Origin: Catajapyx aquilonaris
Taxonomy: Eukaryota
Assembly (NCBI GenBank): GCA_000934665.2
Contig: KZ538069.1
Coordinates: 62,001-126,000 of the forward strand
Length of the DNA stretch: 64,000 nt
Reading direction: 5' to 3'
Shown here piece after piece: positions 48,769-64,000 of this stretch. The position numbers were made by a program, and so were the translations under genes. Within the stretch, counting starts at the first letter, position 1, and each line of letters begins with the position of its first letter. The notes under the pieces were generated by a model, which saw only the letters and a list, made by a program, of their open reading frames with translations, did no database searches and was not told where the DNA came from.

Positions 48769-51700
48769 TAAAATTATTTTACAATCAAGTTTTGAAAGCC
48801 AACCCAAGAATGAATGTTCACTGAACATTCACAGGACAATGGCAATGCACATAAAGAATGTTCATAGGACATAGCCTAATGCATTAATGGGGTTGTTGTG
48901 ATGTATTGAAAGTTCATGTGTCATATGTGCCTGTAGGAGTTAACTCTCCTCACTTTTTTTGACTTTTCATCCATTGTACCACATGGGACTGCCCTGCTTT
49001 GTCCAACCAGAGTAAAGGAATAGTCACTTTCAGCAAGACAAGATATTAACTAATAATAAGGACTGTATTTCAGTAAGAATACTCAAAGCTTCCAGAGAAT
49101 GTCCATGCCCCCATCTTGACCCATATAGGTAGATATTACAAAATTCTGTAGGCCTATGCGTGAAAATGTCAACCTCTCTTATTAAGTTATTAGGGTCATG
49201 AATACTCTTGAAAGGAATAAAAACCCACGCTCATGCAACTTATACGCATTGATACCAGGCTAGAATATAATTCTTAAAGTATAGGCTACTTATTAGTAGT
49301 AATATTAAAAGTTAATAATAAATATCATCACATTCGAACTTTAGCTATCTACCTGCCAAGAGTCTATTAGAAAGTCTACAAAGCAGTCTATAGTCTATAT
49401 CTATAGCAGTCTATAGTCCCTCACAGTCTACAAGCAGTCTACCAGTAAATATGCTACTCAAAGGAGTCCTTTTGTTGCATGAGGGAATCTCCATGAAAAT
49501 AAGTGGGAGGTTCCAGAAGTGCATTCTCAGATATCCTGTGACTACAACTTCTTCTCAGCCATGGGCACACCTGTGGGCACATCCTACTACCAGAATCTAC
49601 AATATTTCTAGCAATGTTAATATTAATTGGCTTGACCTTTTATTACTGCCATCTCGACAATCACACAGCTGGTGCTGCTTAGTTGAGCCGATATTTTGAC
49701 TCTTGTCAGACTCTTAATATTGTATATGCACATATTGACCTTTGAAGTACAGGGTGAGCCATTCAAGAATCAACTGACTCATCTGCCTGCAATGCAGCAT
49801 TAACAATACCAGTAAATGGATTGAATTTAAAAGCAATGACAAGTCATTTGACATTTCATAGGCCTATTGTTCATTGTTGAGGGGCTGTCTTCCCACACAT
49901 ACTTAAATAAGAAATGAAATGGAAATTTCAAAAACATTCGAATTCAAAATATGGAACTAATGCTGCAGCCACTTCTTTCTCCAGTAAAACTACATGATCT
50001 CATATTTGGATTTTTATTCAAAATACAATGCAAATGGCAAAACAGGGCTTACACATGTCTCAAAAGGCTGGTATAACACACTCATTCCCCAATGTGTCCA
50101 GAATTACAAACCTTTAGAAAAACCTTGGGAAAAGGGGGGGAAAAAAGATTAGGCAAAATGTCTCATACCTTTTCCTAAGTAACAGCTTGTCTTTGAGATC
50201 ACTTTTTTTTTTTTTTGCTAGAGGTGAGTGCAAATATTCATGCTGGCCAACTATCTTTCTACTCCTCGTTTGCTTTCTTTGACACGGGTACAGTCGCAGG
50301 CATAAAAATGAAATCCACTATTCTACTCATCCGTTTATGTATGGGATTAATCCTATCCATGTTTCCAAATTAAACTTCTCATTTCTCTCCCGTCACAGTC
50401 ACGTTATACGGTACTGACATACACTGCCCACCCAAATCTTTTTTTTCTTCATTTCAATAAATAAGAGTTAGGTCTACTTTCAAAAGGTAGAATTACTACA
50501 CTAATGAAGGTTGTTAAATAAATGCCACCACAAGATTAGTTATTTAAATTTCTTTTTTTTTTTCCAGAGCACAACTCTGATGCCATCAGTTAACTCAAAC
50601 TCATCAAATGCTTCTGAAAAACACAGGTACTCACACAATCTTACGCACTTGGAATCACCTCTCATTTTCAAGTGTGTAAACATAAAAAAAAGCAAGATGC
50701 TGGGAGACTTTTCCCGAGAAGACTTGAAACTTTTTACACCTCAGAAAGACTACGCAGCAGTCCCAAATACGTTTTGCTTTCTGAACGCCTCTCTAACTCG
50801 TACACATTCTCGTTGTCTAAATCACTTGACACCACAATCTGCATTTTTTTCTTGCATTTTCTTTTTCAATGGGAGAAGAGAGGAGGGATCGACACAAAGA
50901 GGGGGACATGTTGGAAAGAAAGTTGGAAAAGCCCATCATCATTGGAAAACTCTTATTCTTGAGCATTAAAACTTGTTTGGCTGACGTTTGTCATCTTGGG
51001 GAAAGAAAGGGAGATGTATAAAGTATTTTTGTTCAATAACCTCACTTGTTGCTACCTGCTCTGCTTCATTTGGGAATAAAAAATCCGACAAGAAACTGCA
51101 CATTGAAAAAGGCACTGAAAACACCATCATCTTCAACTAAATCACCGGAAGAATCACAATTCCTCTAAGTGCACGAAACCAAATTATCTTGATCTCAAAA
51201 AAAGTAAGAAAAATGAACATGTGACTTTTTGTCTGCTTCTGAAAAAAACCTACATTCATTGCAGCTTTCTGGTGCTGCCCCAATAATTTAAACAACCCTG
51301 TATAACATTTATGTACATAGAGTACATGGAAAGATTTCTTTGGGAGATGCTAACAAGGAATAAATAAGCAAGAGCCAGGTTAAAAATTAAGTACTGCACT
51401 ACGTGTCCTGCTCCTCAAGGACCACAGGGGAAATCACAACGGAAGTAAAACACTGGGAGTAGCTGTGGCAGTGACAAGGGTTGGGGGAGCCCTGAATCTT
51501 TTTGGAACACACAATGCTACATGAAAGGACAAACAAAATTATCAGAAGGTGCACTTATTTTTATGGCTTCAAGGGGTCAGTGGGTGCAAAGACATGGTTC
51601 ATCAAGCATAACTTGGGAATGGAATGGGTCTTGGAAAAATACCTGCACTTGTCAAAAAACCACGGCCATCAAAAACTGTCACATCAAGAAACACTGTACT

Positions 51701-52748
51701 GTATGTTGTATATAAACATGGTAGCAGTCTCAACAAGGCCCCTGTTTGCCAGGAAGCATGACGTGGTAAAAACATGGTATAATGGTTAGAAGCAGTTACT
51801 CTTTTCCTCTCTCCCCATAAAACTCTACCACCTAATGGAAGGCTACTGTACATGGGAGGAATGATGACAGAACAGGAAACTTTTAAGAGGAGAAAAAAAA
51901 AACAGCCTTATATCAGTTCCCACCTAAGCTTACAACTTTTCCTGTTTACAACTCCTGCAGCAGAGGAGAAAAAAAAAGGAACAACAAAGGGCTCGACAGG
52001 CAATTAGGATCATTGAGCAAAGCTGATATTCGATTTCATTTCTTGGCCCAAAACACAATTTTTACACTTTTCCTATTCAAATTAGAGGTGTGAAGTAAAA
52101 AGATTTCAAAATCCACTTCAGGCCATCCTCTCAATAAAAAAGATGAGGTTAATGTATGCCCCTTTGCAATTATGTGCACCAATAACAGTTACATACAGGG
52201 TATTAAAAGCTACAAATTGACCACATAGTATATTACCCTCTGTTGTCGTTTGCTTTAAATGCGAGCAGACCACTTGTGGTCACTGAAAAAGTTTCTCCAA
52301 CCCCTCATTTCACTCCCATCCCTCTTCCCCCTGACCCCCACCTTTTTTTCTCATTTCAACAAGGCCCTTCAAAGAAGCATACACTCAGTACACTATTAAA
52401 CTCTATGCTTAGTACCACACGATAATAGACCAGCTCAGAAAAGGGAATGGAAAATTGTTCATATGGCTTGTTTTTGTTTTTCGCTAGATCTTTTGCTTCT
52501 TACTACGTGGCAGATACAGTACCTTTTTTTTTTTTTTTTTTTGGATCTCTGCATGGAAAATACTGAAACTCGCGCACTCCACAGGTTTTGGGGATGACTT
52601 GGGGTTGACTTGCTGTTTCCCTCTTCATGACTCTCCAGTTTCCATGACTTCCTTCCTTTACACTCAAGGAAATGGGGGGGAAGCCTGTTCTATGCACAAT
52701 AGGAACTTTAGGGAGTCCTTTTTCATTTCTCTGCCCCTGTTGCTCCCA

Positions 52749-61274
<8,526 letters not shown>

Positions 61275-61355
61275 CTGCAAAAACAGTATTATTACAGTAA
61301 CACATTGGGATTCCATTATGAATAATTTTACAGAACTTCATGCAAAGGTTATAAT

Positions 61356-61694
61356 AATAATAATCCGGGTAGTGCACGAACTCCTTACGAGTTATATGGC
61401 CCGGACCTTTATTATTACTCATATACAGTATACATTGGACCTGATGACGTAGCGCCCGGGCCCACGGGCAGGGTGACAGGAGGGGATGTGCAAGGTGCAG
61501 TGCAATGTCATTATGTGGCCATTTTTAGTGAACTCCCCCGGGTGGTTTAGTCTGTTGGAAATACCACCCGAGACGAAGCCAGAGGTGACCCTGAACTCTG
61601 CACGAGATGAAGGGGGTGTCCCCGGGCTGGGATCGAACCCGGGACCTTAACATCCGTGGGCACATACGTTACCGCAGCACCACTCCGCCTCCCC
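61356..61694 (-). mobile_element. tRNA-derived SINE, second family, full length
   Basis: Minus-strand head GGGGAGGCGGAGTGGTGCTGCGGTAA...GGTTCGATCCC (B-box) and (ATT)n tail. 15-bp TSD tgcaaaggttataat at 61341-61355 and 61695-61709. Confidence 0.9.
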
Positions 61695-62153
61695 TGCAAA
61701 GGTTATAATTCAGATTCCCTGGCCACTAAAACTAATACATACTGACAGGATCAGTACCAGCTTCCTGATCTAGAATGAAGATGGTATTGGCATAACAATT
61801 CAGGGAGCTGACAACCACAACCACCCNCCCCCCCCCCCATTTCATTGATCCTTGACAACTTCTGCAGATGAAAGTGACTTGGTCCATCACTGGCTAATAA
61901 ACTGTCCGAAGTTTAGAGTAAAGGATTCCAGTTGCTCATAATGACAAGTGTATTATTTTAAATTATTGATTTCTTTATTCCTACAACTCTAATGTAGAGA
62001 TAGCTCTGTAGTGGAAAAGATGTCACACTATCATTTCACAGTCATACTGGCTTAGCAATGAACATTATCTAATTAGGATTTGTCCTCAACATGTTGTTCA
62101 ATTAACTTATGGTATGATTTTCTTAACTTTAAAAATAAAGCCAATAAATTGAA

Positions 62154-62852
62154 ACATGGAAAGCAAAACCAAGCTAACTCCAGTGGGGGGGGGGGGGGGG
62201 GGGGNGGGGGGGGGAAGGGACTTGGGCACTTCTTGCACTGACCCCTCGGACCGCATAGAATGGACCATCGCACATCCACGGAATTTGCAGGGAAGTTGCA
62301 GCTGGCGATTCAACACCCATCCACAGTGCTTACTTTTTGTTAGCTTACTTTTGTATTCCACACTCCATGGAAGAGAAAACCGAAACAACTCCAAGAGGGC
62401 TTCGTGGAGAGGGGGTTACTACAAACGTGTGTTGTGCAGTACCTAAATGTCCGACAAGCATCGTTTCAACGTGGATGGGTGTTGAATCGTCCGCTGCAAC
62501 TGCCCTGCATAATAGAAAAGTAAGCTAACCCCAATGGATTAAATCCATTGGAGTTAGCTTACTTTTGTATTCCACGCTCCCATGGAAGAGAAAACCGAAA
62601 CAACTCCAAGAAGGCTTTGTGGGGAGGGGGTCACTACACAGGTGTGCTGTGCAGTACCTACATGTCCAACAAGCATAGTTTCAACATGGATGGGTGTTAA
62701 ATCGCAGACTGCCACTTCCTTGCAAATTCCATGCATGTGTGATGGTCCCTTCTATGCTTTCCAAGGGGTCAGTGCAAGAAGTGCACAAGTCCTTTTCCTC
62801 TCCCCCCCCCCNCCCCCCCCCACTGGAGCTAGCTGTTTTGATTTCCATGGTT
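62154..62852. mobile_element. Foldback-type element with long poly-G/poly-C-containing TIRs, internal direct repeat and central hairpin
   Basis: 62154-62330 is the inverted counterpart of ~62685-62852. 62339-62500 is directly repeated at 62553-62720. Hairpin aaaagtaagctaac...ccaatggatt|aaatccattgg...gttagcttactttt at ~62516-62566. Confidence 0.8.
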
Positions 62853-64000
62853 CAATTACAATATTCCACAATGATTTTTAAAAACCCTGACACAACAGAT
62901 GAGACTACTTTTTATTTTGAGTCACCTACAACTGCACATGTAATTCCTTCAACAATGCCTACCCTGACTTTATTGCCTTTGTGCCTTTGGACTTGCAATT
63001 ACCACCAATTTACCACGAAAACCACACCTCAGGAGGACCAGTCTTGAGGCTGGCACATTATAACCCATTTTAACCCTCCCAAACACATGCTTCAACCCAC
63101 AGACAACCGCGAGATATTCAAGACGCGAAAAAGTTACACAATCACCCAAGCAGAAGTTGGCTGGCATCCTGTGTTTGTAGGGAAGTGGAAGGGGAGGAAG
63201 TGCCTGTTTTTAGCAGAGGAAATGGCAAACCAAGCTTCCTAGGAATTATCTGTGGACTCCGTAGCAACAAGGGCAATGTCACTCCCTCTCGAAAAGACCT
63301 CAAGAAATGCACCAACTCACCCCCACGTCATGGCCTGTGTCTTCCTCTGTCCCCAAGAGCAGCAAGCCCTCCTCAAAGCCCCAACCAAAATCTCTTCTCC
63401 CATCAAGCCCCCAACCACACCCTCCCAGCCCTATTTTCCATCCGAGTCCGGCACGACACCCGGCTTTTCAACCGATGATTCAAGCAGGTGCAACCTCTCT
63501 TCGCCGCGAGAGGAAGGGACTGGGAGTGGGGGAAGAGAGAGGGAGGGATCCAACACCAAAATATACCCCCGCTTCAGATGCGCAGACTCCCCCTCCTACC
63601 CCTATAATAACTGCATGATTTCCTGCTACACACGACATTCAATACCTTGGGCAACCTTTAGCCCCGCGACACCTCTTGGAAAGCCCCAACAAGGCCCCCT
63701 TCTTATGTGCAGCATATCTCATTTGACACTTTGACCGATTCGGCGGAATTAAAAATATCAGGATGTTTCCCAGTGTCTCGTGCATCGTGTTGAAAGCAGC
63801 CTCCCATATATTCCATCTTCGTCCTTGGTTTCCTCCTACTTTTATTGCTCTGGGAATACACCATTGATTGCTGAACAATAGGATTTCCGTGACGTCACCT
63901 CCAAATTGTCCTCTCCGAACAGGCATTTTTTTTTCTTCCCCTCCATCCCCCAGGCTCTCCCATGAGCCGGCCGCCCCCGTCAGGCCCGTCCAACACATTG

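Noticed and set aside
62970..64000. First coding exon of ena
   Set aside because: No convincing ATG-AG|gt exon or recognisable ORF was found; it probably lies beyond the window.

Overview
Eukaryotic genomic DNA, most likely a mandibulate arthropod. This rests on spliceosomal GT-AG introns, (TTAGG)n tracts inside repeats and insect/crustacean-like Ena sequence. Five intron-containing protein genes can be reconstructed by hand with consistent splice phases. Four lie head-to-tail on the minus strand: ena/VASP (first exon not found), a C2CD2/TMEM24-like TM-SMP-C2-C1 lipid-transfer protein, coatomer delta (delta-COP/ARCN1) and SETD3 (3' half not found). The fifth, on the plus strand, is an uncharacterised ~1137-aa single-pass mucin-like membrane protein that appears to be nested antisense inside SETD3 intron 4. 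Introns hold many non-autonomous elements: tRNA-derived SINEs with target-site duplications, several MITE families, hairpins, and a nest of three (CA)n-inserted elements carrying telomere-type repeats inside an outer hairpin element. CpG is retained at putative promoters and depleted in gene bodies. I found no prokaryotic-type system, CRISPR array, rRNA or genuine tRNA gene. All homology calls come from recognising motifs, not from database searches.
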